A stretch of 64,000 nucleotides of DNA, taken from the NCBI RefSeq assembly GCF_035084215.1, contig NC_090352.1, positions 17,670,001 through 17,734,000 of the forward strand, in the 5' to 3' direction. Every line of letters starts with the position of its first letter. Position 1 is the first letter of the stretch. The stretch is from Heptranchias perlo. Lineage: Eukaryota. Shown here piece by piece: positions 39,395 to 52,350 of the stretch. The position numbers and the translations under genes are program-made. Below the pieces are notes generated by a model. The model saw nothing but the letters and a program-made list of their open reading frames with translations. It was not told the origin of the DNA and searched no databases.

Positions 39395-39935
39395 TGGCTT
39401 TTCATGCCTTTGTTACTTCTATTGACTATTCCAATGCTGTCCTGGCTGGCCTCCCATCTTCCACCCTCCATCAACTTGATCCAAAACTCTGCTGCCCGTA
39501 TCCTAACTCGCACCGAGTCCCATTCTCCCATCACTCCTGGTCCAGGAACACCTGGATTTTAAAATCCTCATCCTTGTTTTCAAATCCCTCCATGGCCTCG
39601 CCCCTCCCTATCTCTGAAACCTTCTCCAGCCCTACAACCCTCCGAGATCTCTGCACTCCTTCAATTCTGGCCTCTTGCGCATTCCCGATTTTAATCACCC
39701 CACCAATGGCGGCAGTGCCTTCAGCTTCCTAGGCCCTAAGCTCTGGAATTCCCTCCCTAAACCTCTCTGCCACTCTACCTCTCTCTGCTCCTTTAAGATG
39801 CTCCTTAAAACCTACCTCTTTGACCAAGCTTTTGGTTAGCTGTCCTAATATCGCCTTATGTGACTCTGTCAAATTTTTTTTCATAACGTTCCTTTACTAT
39901 GTTAAAGGCCCTATTTAAATGCAAGTTGTTGTTGT
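39395..39935 (+). mobile_element. L2-like LINE 3' end, apparently inserted into a MITE (~38770-40003)
   Basis: HAFVTSIDYSNAVLAGLP (L2-type RT C-terminal motif), then a tail ending gcaagttgttgttg. Confidence 0.8.
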
Positions 39936-40224
39936 TTTAATAGTGCTTCTGGTGCACTGACTATTCTGCCCCCAAAAACGGGCTGAATCGAATTTCCAGC
40001 CCCAGGGCTTCAATTTTAATACTTTGAGTTATGGGTGTTAAAAAACAGTTTAGTCATTTTACCTGTAAATCCTTCCCCTAGAATTCAACCCTTAGTCCAG
40101 ATAAGTCTGACAAGAGGACATTTGTTCCATGTACTATTTTATTCTCTCTTTTATTCCTAGTACACTGAACATTTTCTCATTAAACCAGGAACTCAGTCCC
40201 AACAGTGATTGAATCAGACCTGTA

Positions 40225-41380
40225 GGGCATGATTTTATCAAGGATCTGGGAAGGGCTTGGAGGGTGGAATTCCTGATGGGAAACCCAGAAGGATGGATTT
40301 CCAGGACATCCTTTTGATTTTGACTTTTTTTTGATGATGGTTTCCCGCCTGACAGGCCAGCCTGATTTACAGGCTGGCATCGGTCGGACAGGAGAAGAGG
40401 AAGGAAGGGGATAGGATCAGGTGAGTGTTTGATGGGGGGAGGGGGCATGGAGGGGCGTCGGGGGTCACCGGAGGGGTCAGTCATCAGGGAGCTCAGTCAT
40501 CAAGGGGGTCGGGGGTCACGTTGGGGCTCAGTCATCGGGGGGTCAGTCATCGGGGGGCTCAGTCATCGGGGGGCTCAGTCATCGGGGGGTCAGTCATCAG
40601 GGAGCTCAGTCATCGGGGGGTCAGGGGTCATGTTGGGGGTCAGTCATCGGGGGGCTCAGTCATTGGGGGGGGTCAGTCATCGGAGGGGGTCAGTTATCAG
40701 GGGTAATCGGAGGGGCTCAGTCATGGGGATCATGGGGGGGTCAGTCATCGGGGGTCATTGGGGGGTCATGTGTCACCGGGTGGGTCTGTAATCGGGGGGG
40801 GATCATTGGGTGAGGGGTCAGTCATCGGGAGTCATCAGGGGGTCTGGGGTCACCGGGCGGTCAGTCATTAGGGGGCTCAGTCATCGGGGACAGGGCGGGT
40901 TCAGGGGTCGGGGGTCATCAAGGGGGCTGGAAATCATGAGGGGGTCAGAGATCGTGGGGGTGGGGGGATCGAAGATCATGGGGTGGGGGGCGTGGAGATC
41001 ATGGGGAGGGTCGCTGCAGGTAGGCTTGTTGGGTCTAGGGGAAGCACTCCTGCTCCTCTGGGCCCACAAACTGTGCTCTAAAGTTACTTACCTGCTGTTT
41101 CGGGCCTTCTCGCCTCCTCTCAGGTGGCGTGAAGTAGAAGGCCCAGGAATCCTGGCCCCCCGGGGTTAGAAACAAAAAACCTGTTAAAATGGAGGCCCGC
41201 AGCCTCCTTGAAAACTTTAAGTGACTGACCCGCCTCCTGAGAGCAGGATGGTCACCCGCCCCTCGTCCCACCTCCGTTGAAACCGGAAATGGGTGGGTTG
41301 GAGGTGGGTTTTAGATTTTTAAAATTTTTACTGCCTCCACCCCCCCAACCCACCCATTTTTCCGAGTTAAAATCATGCCC
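40225..41380. mobile_element. Harbinger-type MITE with 13-bp perfect TIRs and a 3-bp TSD
   Basis: gta|GGGCATGATTTTA ... TAAAATCATGCCC|gta. Confidence 0.85.
40440..41010. repeat. G-rich minisatellite, unit about GGGGG(C)TCAGTCATC (15-16 bp)
   Basis: Many tandem copies of tcagtcatc plus a G-run; degenerates toward both edges. Confidence 0.9.
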
Positions 41381-41397
41381 GTAGTCTCCATCATCGA

Positions 41398-41683
41398 TTA
41401 GAGGCTGGCCATTTAGGACCAAGATGAGGAAAAATTTCTTCACTCAGAAGGCTGTGAATCTTTGGAATTCTCCATTCCAAAGTGCTGTGGATGTTCAGTC
41501 GTTGAGTATATTCAAGATTGAGAGTGATAGATTTTTGGACACTAAGGGAATCAAGGGATATGGGGATAGGGCAGGAAAGTGGAGTTGAGATAGAAGATCA
41601 GCCATGATCTGATTGAATGGCGGAGCAGGCTCGAGAGACCAAATGGCCTACTCCTGCTCCTATTTCTTATGTTCTTATGTTCT
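41398..41683 (+). mobile_element. CR1 3' end (same subfamily as 16525-16801)
   Basis: ttaggaccaagatgaggaaaaatttcttcactcag...ctcctatttcttatgttcttatg is shared with that copy. Confidence 0.9.
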
Positions 41684-43435
41684 TTACCAATATGACCTAA
41701 AGCCCTTTCAAATGTTTTCGAATGCATTATTAGCCTTCTTATAAAAGTTGAGATTTATATCATGTGTCATATCACTTGATTAATTATTGTGCCCAGAATT
41801 TTTCTTTGTTAAGTGTTTCAAGCACGTTTGGCTTCACAAAAACAACTTAACTTTGCTTTACAGATTAGACTTAAAGCCCCTACAGTAAAACAGTGACTAC
41901 ATTTCAAAAAGTAACTCATTGGCTGTAAAGCGCTTCGGGACGTCTTGAGGTCGTGAAAGTCGCTATATAAATGGAAATCTTTCTTTTTAAATTGTCAGAA
42001 ATTTATTTTGTCGAGGATAACTTCCTGTTAGTGGGCATCAGAATTGATTGAAAGTACTCAAGATGAGAGTCTGTCATATTTTTGCAAAAATGGTTGTTGA
42101 ACTTTAAAAAAATCGTGTCCTGTGTTTTGCCCTTTCCCTCTCCTTCTTACACTTTTTCTATCTTATCCTCATAAAACGAGGCAGTCAGTCACGTGGACAT
42201 GTTTACAAATGCCAACACCACGTTTTGCTCAAGCAGCCAGGAGGAATGTTTTTTCAGCACTGAAGGAAGAGATCCCCATTTGGCAGTTTTCTATCGCTTG
42301 CTCACCTTGATATTCTGGCCGAGTCTAATGAAATTATAAGACGCGTGAACGTGACCAATGACTGGCGTTTGAATCAAGATCATTCATTCAGAAGTCCAAT
42401 ACTCCAGTGTTGTAGATACTATGCCGTTTTGGAGAGGTTTTCAAGTGTAGTTTTAACATATAAAAGTTTTAATACGTGAATCATGCTTTTAAACCACAAA
42501 ATAATTGTTATTGTGTTCTAGAGTAGACATGAATCTGTACAACCAATGTGTAAACTGTACAAATTACGTGTACTCACTATAAGTTTAGGATCGATGCAAT
42601 CAACACTGAATTTATGGAATGTAAATCAGGTGTCAAAGCTAAGGCTGTACTTATAATGTGAATATACCCTTGATATTTAACAGAAAAGCATTACCTTACC
42701 TCTTCTCAATGTGATAACAAAAAAGCTCTAAAAGTAAATGAATTTAACGTGAGTTAATTTGTAACAAAATCTGGAACAAATGGAAAGACAAATTCCTAAT
42801 AACAGCAACATTTCTGCTGGTAAAGTTAGCTCGTTTTTCAAAACTTTGATTCTCTATTTATTCCATCACTTCCAAGACTTGCTATATGCTGTTCATCAGT
42901 AAACACACAAAGTATTAGTCAGCTTCAATTGTCATGTATTATAGGATGTATTTATGTAATCAAAAGTCTTCCATCTAGTGAGAGTTTGTCTCATCACACC
43001 TTTCAAAAGCATCACTCCTGAAAGCATGGCCTCAGTCACATCATTAAGAGGTTGTGTAAAAGAATTCCATTTTCAGATGCAAGGGCCATTCACAAGATCT
43101 TATACAAGAGGTTTTCACCCAGAAGTCCTGTCTACATTTCCCCCATAACCTCCATTAATTAGCCTTCACCTGCAGTACTTTAACTAGCCCACTGAACTCC
43201 TAAAACTCTCATTCCTGCTAGCTGCTAAAAAATGAATCAAAACCTTAGAAAGAACATTCTGTGCAACCAGCTTTTTACTATCCTACATACGATCTGTCTG
43301 AGCATTTGCTGTTTTGTTCTCTGGTGTTTCTCCTCAGTGTCTGTGTGTGTGACGCACCAGCAGTTCTTAAAAGGCTGCTGGTCACTCTTAAAGCTGTTCC
43401 TCAACAGAGGGGGAAAAACATCCAGAGGAAAACCA

Positions 43436-43660
43436 GGGGTCAGAAGTGCCCAATTTAGAGACACAGCTTTGGAGGTTCTACTCATGGAGGCCTGACAGAG
43501 AAAGGTGACTCTTTTTGGAGGTGAGGACCATCATGCAATAAAGAGCAGCACTAGAGTAACATGGATGAAGGTGAAAGAGTGAGTGAGCAATGTCTCATCT
43601 GTGACCCAAACCCAGAAGCAGGTCCAGAAGAAATTTGCTGAGCTACGCAAGGTTGCCAAG
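43436..43660 (+). pseudogene. Myb/SANT-like exon-1 relic (Harbinger type)
   Basis: VRSAQFRDTALEVLLMEA*QRKVTLFG..STRVTWMKVKE*VSNVSSVTQTQKQVQKKFAELRKVAK. Confidence 0.7.
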
Positions 43661-44111
43661 GCAAATGTACTAATATGTAGCTTAATTTTGTAATGTTGTC
43701 TTTCAATGCATCTTAGCTGCACTAGGTCACAGAGGGAGAATGCACTATGCTTTATACACTATACTATCAATGTATAAATTGTCAACGGGCTTTCTAGGTG
43801 AAATTGTTTTTAATGAAGGTTACCTTATGCAAATGTCTTTTCACAGTAAAAACATGCAAGATATAAATTCTTAAAACAACGGGGTAGAGCATTTACATTG
43901 CCTGGGCGAAACACAGAGAGGAAAAATCTAATGTTGATGATCGCATGCCCCTTACAGAATCTGTCAGATTTTCCTTCTATTAATTTCAATGTAAGGAAAA
44001 TGAGGAGGATTCTTTTACCAGCAATTAAGTAGCTGCTGCAGCCTAAAAGGGACCAGGGAATCCAGTTTGTTTGAGCAGCAAATTGGAAGACTGCTATAAT
44101 GACTGTGACAC

Positions 44112-45150
44112 AGAGACTCCAAATTCTCTGACTCTTCATTTGATTTGTTACTGTCAGAAATAAGGAAAAGGAGACAGAACATTTTTGTGACCAAGGAAAG
44201 AGGCCAACAAAGAGATTAGTGCAGTCCCAGTGGAAGAAGGTAGCCTTGGTAATGAGTGACATCCTAAGCAACCTCTTAGATGCTAACTCATTGCTAGAAG
44301 ACATTTAATGATGTCACCAGGTTAGCCAAGGTAAGAAAAGACAATCACGGCTTCAACTAAAACAATGTTAAAAGCGTGTTTTCTATTTCCACGCTCATTG
44401 CCCTCCCTGTATTCCACATCAGGGAATATTTCACTGAAATGTTCATGAGGAAGCATGAGACTCTTCACACCCTTTTCCTTCCCCTTCAATTGCTCTTTCA
44501 TTCACAGCCTAACATTTAGCATAGGTGTGAAAGCCTCACCCATGTATTTGCTAATTCCCTGCACCTGTTCTCATCTCCATTATGGAATGCGTACTTATAT
44601 CTGGGTTGCATTCTATATGACGGGAAGCAAAGTGCGTTCATATTTTCTACTTTTGTTTTAAAGGAGAAAATTACACACTCCCTAAGGCGGTGAAGTGCCG
44701 CCAGAGAGAGTACCATCCCCCCATTCTATGGTCTTCTTCCCCTTATGAGGACAATGTCATGGAACTGTTGGGCAGGCTCAAAGGAAAGAAGTGGGAGACC
44801 AAGAAGTAGATGGGGAGTTGCCAGCTTCAAGTTGGTCAGGAATCTCATATCATGTATCTTCGGTTCCTGCTGCTTAAAAGCAATATCTCATCACAGCACA
44901 TTGCCAATGCTGAAGCGCATAAGTTATTCTGAAATTGTACTGGCCATTGTGCAGCTCTGCTACCACTGCTAACCTCTTCTCTTTTTCTATACTCCTAGGG
45001 GAACCCCAGCAAGAACAACCAAGGCCCTCAGCTTCACCTCCACCAGCCATTCCATCACTGCATCTCAGCTTCACAAGCACCTGTCAGAAGCCCGTAGAAT
45101 GTTTGGTGGCCAATAGGCCAGTGAAAGGAGGTGTACCAACCTGAGCAATG
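44112..45150 (+). pseudogene. Myb/SANT-like relic with up to three exons (Harbinger type)
   Basis: RDSKFSDSSFDLLLSEIRKRRQ..KRPTKRLVQSQWKKVA..KTFNDVTRLAK then GTAAG at 44331; aAG|GAGAAA (EKITH) at 44664; possible third exon near 44999. Confidence 0.65.
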
Positions 45151-45479
45151 GCAGTTGTGGGGCCCACCTTGGTGATCCAGGTTTGGGATATGGCGTAGGC
45201 CCCTAATAATTGGTAAGAGGGGAGTGATCATTTAGGCCCTCTTATAAAGGGAGCCAATGATTATAATGACCCCTGCCCCCCCACCCCCCCATGGAGTGGT
45301 CAGCAAATGCCGGGATTCCCAGCCACCCCAGTCGAGCAGGTTCCCAAGATACACCACCAGTAGCACAGGCACCCACCAGTGCCTTGCAACTGAAGGGCCC
45401 TCCCCCTGATTCCATGATCTTTGGCGGGGTCAATGGCAGAAGATCTCAGGTGGGTGTGATCCTGGTGTAATTGTTAGGG

Positions 45480-46113
45480 TTACTGACCTGTGCATTTTCG
45501 GGGCCATTATTGCAGCAAGTACACCAGAGGAGGAAGGTCCTCTTTCCTGCAGTTGGTTATTGTGTGGTAAGACAAGTGGCTCAGGGTGTCTAGAAAGACC
45601 CTGCAACATATATTAAAGGCAACTGCACTATTCAATGGACCTGGCTGCAGTGCTGCAAAATACTTAATAACATCACCAGGTGTGCCAAGATAAAACCCCC
45701 CACCATAACCTTATATTAATACAATATGTTAAGTATGCATGACATGTACAGTTACCTTCCACCAAGTCTTACAATATTTTGAAAGATTCCATGATCCCAT
45801 CGCAACCCTTATGTAGCAAGATACACTTCAGAGCAGCTACCTTTCCCACTACCTCTTCCACTTCAATTGCTTTTCCCTCCAACATCTACTCTACTTACTG
45901 TTCATGTAGTTACACCCATTATAGGCTCCAGGCTGATGTTTGGGTAGCCCTCAATGTCTTCCTGGCCATTTAAATTTGTCAAACCCCCTCTACTCTGCTT
46001 GCAGGAGAAAGCTGTACATAACAAGAGGGAGAGATCCCACACTGGAGGAGGACTCCCCAACCACCTTTGAGGAGGTGAACCAGGAGATCCAGGCCAGAGG
46101 AAGCAAGGAATGG
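45480..46113 (+). pseudogene. Myb/SANT-like relic, exons 1-2 (Harbinger type)
   Basis: LLQQVHQRRKVLFPA..TWLQCCKILNNITRCAK; ttgcAG|GAGAAA gives EKAVHNKRERSHTGGGLP at 46005; donor G|GTAAGT at 46114. Confidence 0.7.
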
Positions 46114-47319
46114 GTAAGTAGGAGGCTTGGCTCCAACTGAAAAAGGTATTGAGACTGTGTAAAATGGACAATAAGTTAGGAGAGGGGTCACTTGGCAAAC
46201 TTTAATACTGTGACCCAAACATTTCTCAACCAAAACGGGGCATGGTTACTTTGGGTGTTGGTTCAAATAACGGAAGCTAATTTTGCCTCAGCACCTGGGA
46301 AGTTGTAAAATGAATGATTTTTTTTTGTTTTAGGTGAAGATTATCCATATTTATTTATTAAATATCAAGCTGAACTCATATTTCTCATTTTCTGAGTAGT
46401 CAGAATCCTTTGGCAACAAATCTTTCCCAACCGGATAACAGTGGATTTAGGATTTTTTAAATCGGGTAATCTTTTGTAAGCTGCAATGCAAACCCATTAA
46501 AGAACAGCTGATCTTACTTTCTTCCCAATTTGATCAGTAGAGAGCAAGACTACTTAGTCTTCAGACATCGGTACCATAATTCCGAAAATAAATGTTTAGA
46601 GTTGCTGGTAAATACAAAATCTTTGAAAGATGGCGTTTTCCCCCCAACTTAATGATCCATCTTGAAGAAGTAACATTGTTATAGAAAATATACTCCTCTT
46701 ATCTACATACTCCCAGTTTCTTCCCAAGGTGCTAAACTGCACATTTAAAAAAAATAATAGAAATGAAACAAAGAGGGTAGACACCACCATGATAGAAAAG
46801 GGGGGCTTCTTCAATTTAGCAAAACATTTTCCTGTTACAGGACCTCCACTGTCCCACAATATTGGAGAGTATTCTATCACTGGAGCTTTTCAGACATGCC
46901 TTGGTTACTCATTCGCAAAGGCTCATTTCATTCCAGCTCTTTTCAGTCATTATAAAATCAAATTAGCTGCAATAATAATTGGATCAGCCTCTCCCAACTT
47001 GTCGCATATTTGACACATTAGTAACTCGCACGACAGCAGGGCTGCCGTGAAGCCCAAATACCTGTATGAAAACCTGGTGAAAAGATAGGACTCATTCTTC
47101 AATGCCCACTGCTTTAAAGGAGATACGAAAACCTTGAAATTACTTATAGCATGTGAAAAATGTGCCATCTCTGTTAATAAGTGAAACTGTTGGTTGTAAT
47201 TATTAAATTGTATATGCTTCTAACTCAAACATTTCCAATACTAATGCCAAAAATGTTAACAACTAGTCTGAATGTGGCTGCAATGAGGCCTCATAACTAA
47301 CTCTCCTACATCCACCTAA

Positions 47320-47505
47320 GAGGGCAGACAGGGCTTCGGTTTAACTTCTCATCCAAAAGACAGCACCTCTGACAGTGCAGCACTCCCTCAGTACTGCACT
47401 GGAGTGTCAGCACAGATTATGTGCTCCAGTCTCTGGAGTGAGACTTTAACCCACACCCTTGTGACTCAGAGGTGAGAGTGCTACCACTGAGCCAAGGCTG
47501 ACACT
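47320..47505 (-). mobile_element. tRNA-derived SINE head (SacSINE1/DeuSINE-like)
   Basis: Minus strand reads tcagccttggctcagtggtagcactctcacctctgagtcac..gggttaaagtctcactccag (A and B boxes). Confidence 0.75.
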
Positions 47506-48328
47506 GAAGGAAGACATATCAGAACACAAGACAGTAACATACTGAGTTCTTTCACTTGGCTACCATTCTTAAGTTAATTACATGGAACATTTGGGATTTG
47601 AATGAGATAGCTTAGGCCATTTAAATAGTGAACGTATTATTTCCCCAGGAACTCTTAATAAGTTGTGGCCATGGTGTTTGTTCAAGATTTGGCTGAAATT
47701 GGAAGAACTGGTAAAACAATTGGAACAGTTTCTGAGGAAATAAGAACAAAACCCTAAAATGACCCAAACGAATACAATAATGAGGCTTGCACCATGGAAT
47801 AGAACAAGCACCTTACGCCCTCAGTGCAGCCTTATTGGTAAACGTGGGGCAAACGCAAATCAGGTACCCGGATAAGGATGCTGATTTTCTATTCCTTCTG
47901 CAGCTGGCACATGCCTGCGCCACCGTCACCCACCAGTAGAATTTCAGCCCCTTACTGTGGGTCAGGTGCACCTGCTCCAGGGGTGTGTGCAGCTACAAAG
48001 TTCGGAACCTTTATAAAAACCATTCCCCTCTCAAGGATGTAGTTTTGATTAAAATTTGGTTTGTGATTTTATCTGGTTATCATTTTAGTTGACAGGCAAG
48101 TTTTTGTTAACTATAACAATAATCAAAATCATTGTTAACAAAAAAACACATGCAGGTTTAATTGCATAAAGCTTTAATTATTCATCTTCAAATGCAATTT
48201 TAATTCAGTTGTGATGGTGAAATTATTTCATTTTAAAATTACTTATTGATGAATTATTTAATGTTATACTTAAGAAAAATCACAAACCCCCTGACTTCAC
48301 AGACATTTATTTCTTCTTTTTGTGCAAT

Positions 48329-48566
48329 ACATTTCTACACACAAAGGGTGGTAGAAGTTTGGAACTCTCTTCCGCAAACGGCAATTGATAGTAGCTCAAT
48401 TGCTAAATTTAAATCTGAGATAGATAGCTTTTTGGCAACCAAAGGTATTAAGGGATATGGGCCAAAAGCAGGTATATGGAGTTAGATCACAGATCAGCCA
48501 CGATCTTATCAAATGGCAGAGCAGGCACGAGGGGCTGAATGGCCTACTCCTGTTCCTATGTTCCTA
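48329..48566 (+). mobile_element. CR1 3' end; near-identical inverted copy of 48883-49120
   Basis: 238 bp aligning without gaps to the reverse complement of 48883-49120, with only a few substitutions. Confidence 0.92.
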
Positions 48567-48882
48567 ATATCACACTGCTTATGGGGAAGGAAGCAAAATA
48601 AAATTGTCCATTCCCGATTCCTTCATATCCTGAACTGTTCCAAAAGATTTGTTTCTTCTCAGAATAATATAATTTAGCTTCTAAAAAGAAATGCTGGATA
48701 TCTGAAATAAAAACACAAAATGGCTGGAAACACATAGCAGAGCAGCCAGCATCTACTGATAAGAGTTACAGATATGCTGGTAGGGTTAGATGAAGTAGAG
48801 TGGGAAGAGGCTCGTGTGGAGCATAAACACCGGCATAGACCAGTTGGGCCGAATGGCCTGTTTGTGTACTGAAAATTCTATG

Positions 48883-51800
48883 TAGGAATATAGGAACAGG
48901 AGTAGGCCATTCAGCCCCTCGTGCCTGCTCCGCCATTTGATAAGATTATGGCTGATCTGTGATCTAGTTCCATATACCTGCCTTTGGCCCATATCCCTTA
49001 ATACCTTTGGTTGCCAAAAAGCTATCTATCTCAGATTTAAATTTAGCAATTGAGCTACTATCAATTGCCATTTGCGGAAGAGAGTTCCAAACTTCTACCA
49101 CCCTTTATGTGTAGAAATGTTTTTTAATCTCACTCCTGAAAGGTCTGGCTCTAATTTTTAGACTGTGCCCCCTACTCCTAGAATCTCCAACCAGTGGAAA
49201 TAGTTTCTCTCTATCCACCCTATCCGTTCCCCTTAATATCTTATAAACTTCGATCAGATCACCCCTTAATCTTCTAAACTCTGGAGAATACAACCCCAAT
49301 TTGTGTAATCTCTCCTCGTAACTTAATCCTTGAAGTTCGGGTATCATTCTAGTAAACCTACGCTGCACTCCCTCCAAGGCCAATATGTCCTTTTGAAGGT
49401 GCGGTGCCCAGAACTGCTCACAGTACTCCAGGTGCGGTCTAACCAGGGTTTTGTATAGCTGCAGCATAACTTCTGCCCCCTTGTACTCCAGTCCTCCAGA
49501 TATAAAGGCCAGCATTCCATTAGCCTTATTGTTTATTTTCTGCACCTGTTCATGACACTTCAATGATCTATGTACCTGAACCCCTAGGTCCCTTTGGACA
49601 TCCACTGTTCTTAACTTTTTACCATTTAGAAAGTACCCTGTTCTATCCTTTTTTCATCCAAAGTGGATGACCTCACATTTGCCTACATTGAATTCCATCT
49701 GCCACAGTTTTGCCCATTCACCTAATCTATCAATATCCCTTTGTAATTTTATGTTTCCATCTACACTGCTTACAATGCCACCAATCTCTGTGTCATCGGC
49801 AAACTTAGATATGAGACTTTCTATGCCTTCATCTAAGTCGTTAATAAATATTGTGAATAATTGAGGCCCCAAGACAGATCCCTGCGGGACTCCACTAGTC
49901 ACATCCTGCCAATGTGAATACTTACCCATTATCCCTACTCTCTGTCGCCTTTCGCTCAGCCAATTTCCTAACCAAGTCCGTACTTTTCCCTCGATTCCAT
50001 GGGCTTCTATCTTAGCTAACAGTCTCTTATGTGGGACCTTATCAAATGCCTTCTGGAAGTCCATATAAATAACATCCATTGACATTCACCTGTCCACAAC
50101 TTTAGTCACCTCTTCAAAAAATTCAATCAGGTTTGTCAGGCACGACCTACCTTTCACAAATCCATGCTGGCTCACTCTGATTAACTGAAACTTCTCGAGG
50201 TGTTCAGTCACCCTATCCTTAATTATAGACTCCAGCATTTTCCTCACAACAGATGTTAGGTGAGCTAGTCTATAATTCCCCGGTTTCCCTCTCTCTGTCC
50301 CTTACCTCTTTAGTTGTCCATGGCTGTTTTTTTTGGCAAGTAGAGTTCTTGCCCCTCAGGGGTATAAACCGATTCTGTATCTCGTTAAATGTTTCTTTAA
50401 ACATTTCCCACTGATCATCAGTCATTTTGCCCATTAACAGATTTGCCCAGTTTACTGTGGACAGTCTCTGTCTCATCCCATTGAAGTCGGCCTTACCCAA
50501 GTCTAGAATCTTAGCAGCTGATTCACTTTTTTCCCTTTCAAACACTACATTGAACTCGATCATGTTATGATCGCTATTGGATGGATGTTCATGCACAGTT
50601 AAGCTGTTAACTAAATCTGATTCATTACTCATTACTAAATCTAGTATGGCTTGCCCCCTTGTTGCCTCTAGGACATACTGCTGTAGAAAACTATCCCGGA
50701 CACACTCAAGAAATTCACTACCTTTCTGACAGTTGCTAGTCTGCTTTTCCCAATCTATATGAAGGTTCAAGTCCCCCATTAAGACCACTATGCCTTTGTT
50801 ACACACTTGTCTAATCTCTGCATTTATACAATCTAGCACTTCAGAGCTGCTGCCAGGGGTCCTATACACAACTCCCACTATAGTCTTAGATCCTTTCCTA
50901 TTTCTCAATTCAACCCATAAGGTCTCTGTTGGCTGCTTACCTCTCGTTATATCTTCCTTTATCATTGAATTGATTTAATCTCTAATCACTAAGGCTACTC
51001 CTCCCCCTCTTCCATTTTCCCTGTCTCTCCTGTAGACCTTATAACCCGGTACATTTAGTTCCCAATCCTGACCATCCTGTAGCCATGTCTCAGTAATAGC
51101 TATCATGTCATATCCTCCAATTTGAATTTGAACCTGTAGTTCATTTATTTTATTCCTTATACTCCGTGAATTTGTATATAGAACTCTTAGTTGGGCCACA
51201 CACCCTAGCCTGACCCTCGCCTTATGCCTTCTAGTTTTCACTTTATCTGTAGTGTCTAAAGTACACTTTCTTTCTGCTGCTCTACGCTTTTCCCTTTCAC
51301 TTGTTCTTGAACAACTGTTTGTACTATTTGTATTGTAAATTTCCGCTGGGTCTTCCCCACTCTTGCTGCTCTCAACTTTACTCCCTTCTGACTCCCTGCT
51401 AAGGTTCCCATCCCCCTGCCACTCTAGATTAAACCTTCCCCAACAGCACTAGCAAACACCCCCGCGAGGACATTGGTCCCGGTCCTGCTCGGGTGTAACC
51501 CATCTCCCTTGTACAGGTCCCACCTTCTCCAGAACCGGTCCTAATGTCCCAGGAATCTAAATCCCTCCCTCCTACACCATCCTGTCTATTCTCCTGTTCC
51601 TATACTCACTAGCACTTGGCACTGGTAGTAATCCTGAGATCATTACCTTTGAGGTTCTGCTTTTTAATTTATCTCCTAACTCCTCGAATTCACCTTGCAG
51701 GACCTCGTCCCTTTTTTTACCTATGTCGTTTGTACTGATATGGACCATGACTACTGGCTGTTCACCCTCCCCCTCCAGAATGCCCTGCAGCCGTTCTGTG

Positions 51801-52350
51801 ACATCCTTGACCCTAGCACCAGGGAGGCAACATACAATCCTGGAGTCATGTTTACGGCTGCAGAAAGGCCTATCTGTTCCCCTTACAATTGAATCCCCTA
51901 TCACTATAGCCCTGCCACTCTTCTTCCTCCCCTCCTGTGCAGCAGAGCCACCCGTCGTGCCACGAACTTGGCTCTTGCTGCTTTCCCCTGATAAGCCATC
52001 TCCCCCAACAGCATCCAAAGCAGACTATCTGTTTGAGAGGGAGATGGCCCCAGGGGACTCCTGCTCTACCTGCCTAGTCCTTTTACTCTGCATGGCGGTC
52101 ACCCATTTCCTTTCTGCCTGCGGTGTGACCACCTCACTGAACGTGCTATCCACGATAGTCTCAGCATCGCGGATGCTCCACAGTGAATCCACCCGCAGCT
52201 CCAGCTCCGAAATGCGGTTTGCCAGTAGCTGCAGCTGGACACACTTCCTGCACACATGGTCACCAGGGACACTGGTAGTGTCCATGACTTCCCACATAGT
52301 GCAGGAGGAGCATATCACAGGTGCGAGCTCTGCTGCCATGACTTGCCTTA
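48883..52350 (-). mobile_element. Near full-length CR1 LINE (ORF1 and ORF2), inactivated; EN-RT linker deleted near 50290
   Basis: ORF1 zinc finger and esterase; ORF2 APE endonuclease (YTNSRS..ITETW..MGDLN..SDH) and RT (YMDFQKAFD..GVPQGSVLGP..KFADDT); 3' tail at 48883. Confidence 0.95.
51572..52339 (-). pseudogene. CR1 ORF1: CxxC..CxxC zinc finger, leucine zipper and SGNH esterase
   Basis: CSSCTMWEV..HVCRKCVQLQLLANRISELELRVDSL; IVIGDSIVRG..CCLPGARV..HISTND; stop near 52025 and C-terminal truncation. Confidence 0.9.

Noticed and set aside
40440-41010. Possible CRISPR-like array
   Set aside because: Contiguous degenerate tandem units with no unique spacers, no cas genes, and a vertebrate context.
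40425-41169. Gly/Ser-rich ORFs of 93-120 aa
   Set aside because: Translation artefacts of the G-rich minisatellite; several frames are open.
47430-47505. tRNA gene
   Set aside because: A and B boxes run into a SINE body; no complete cloverleaf or terminator.
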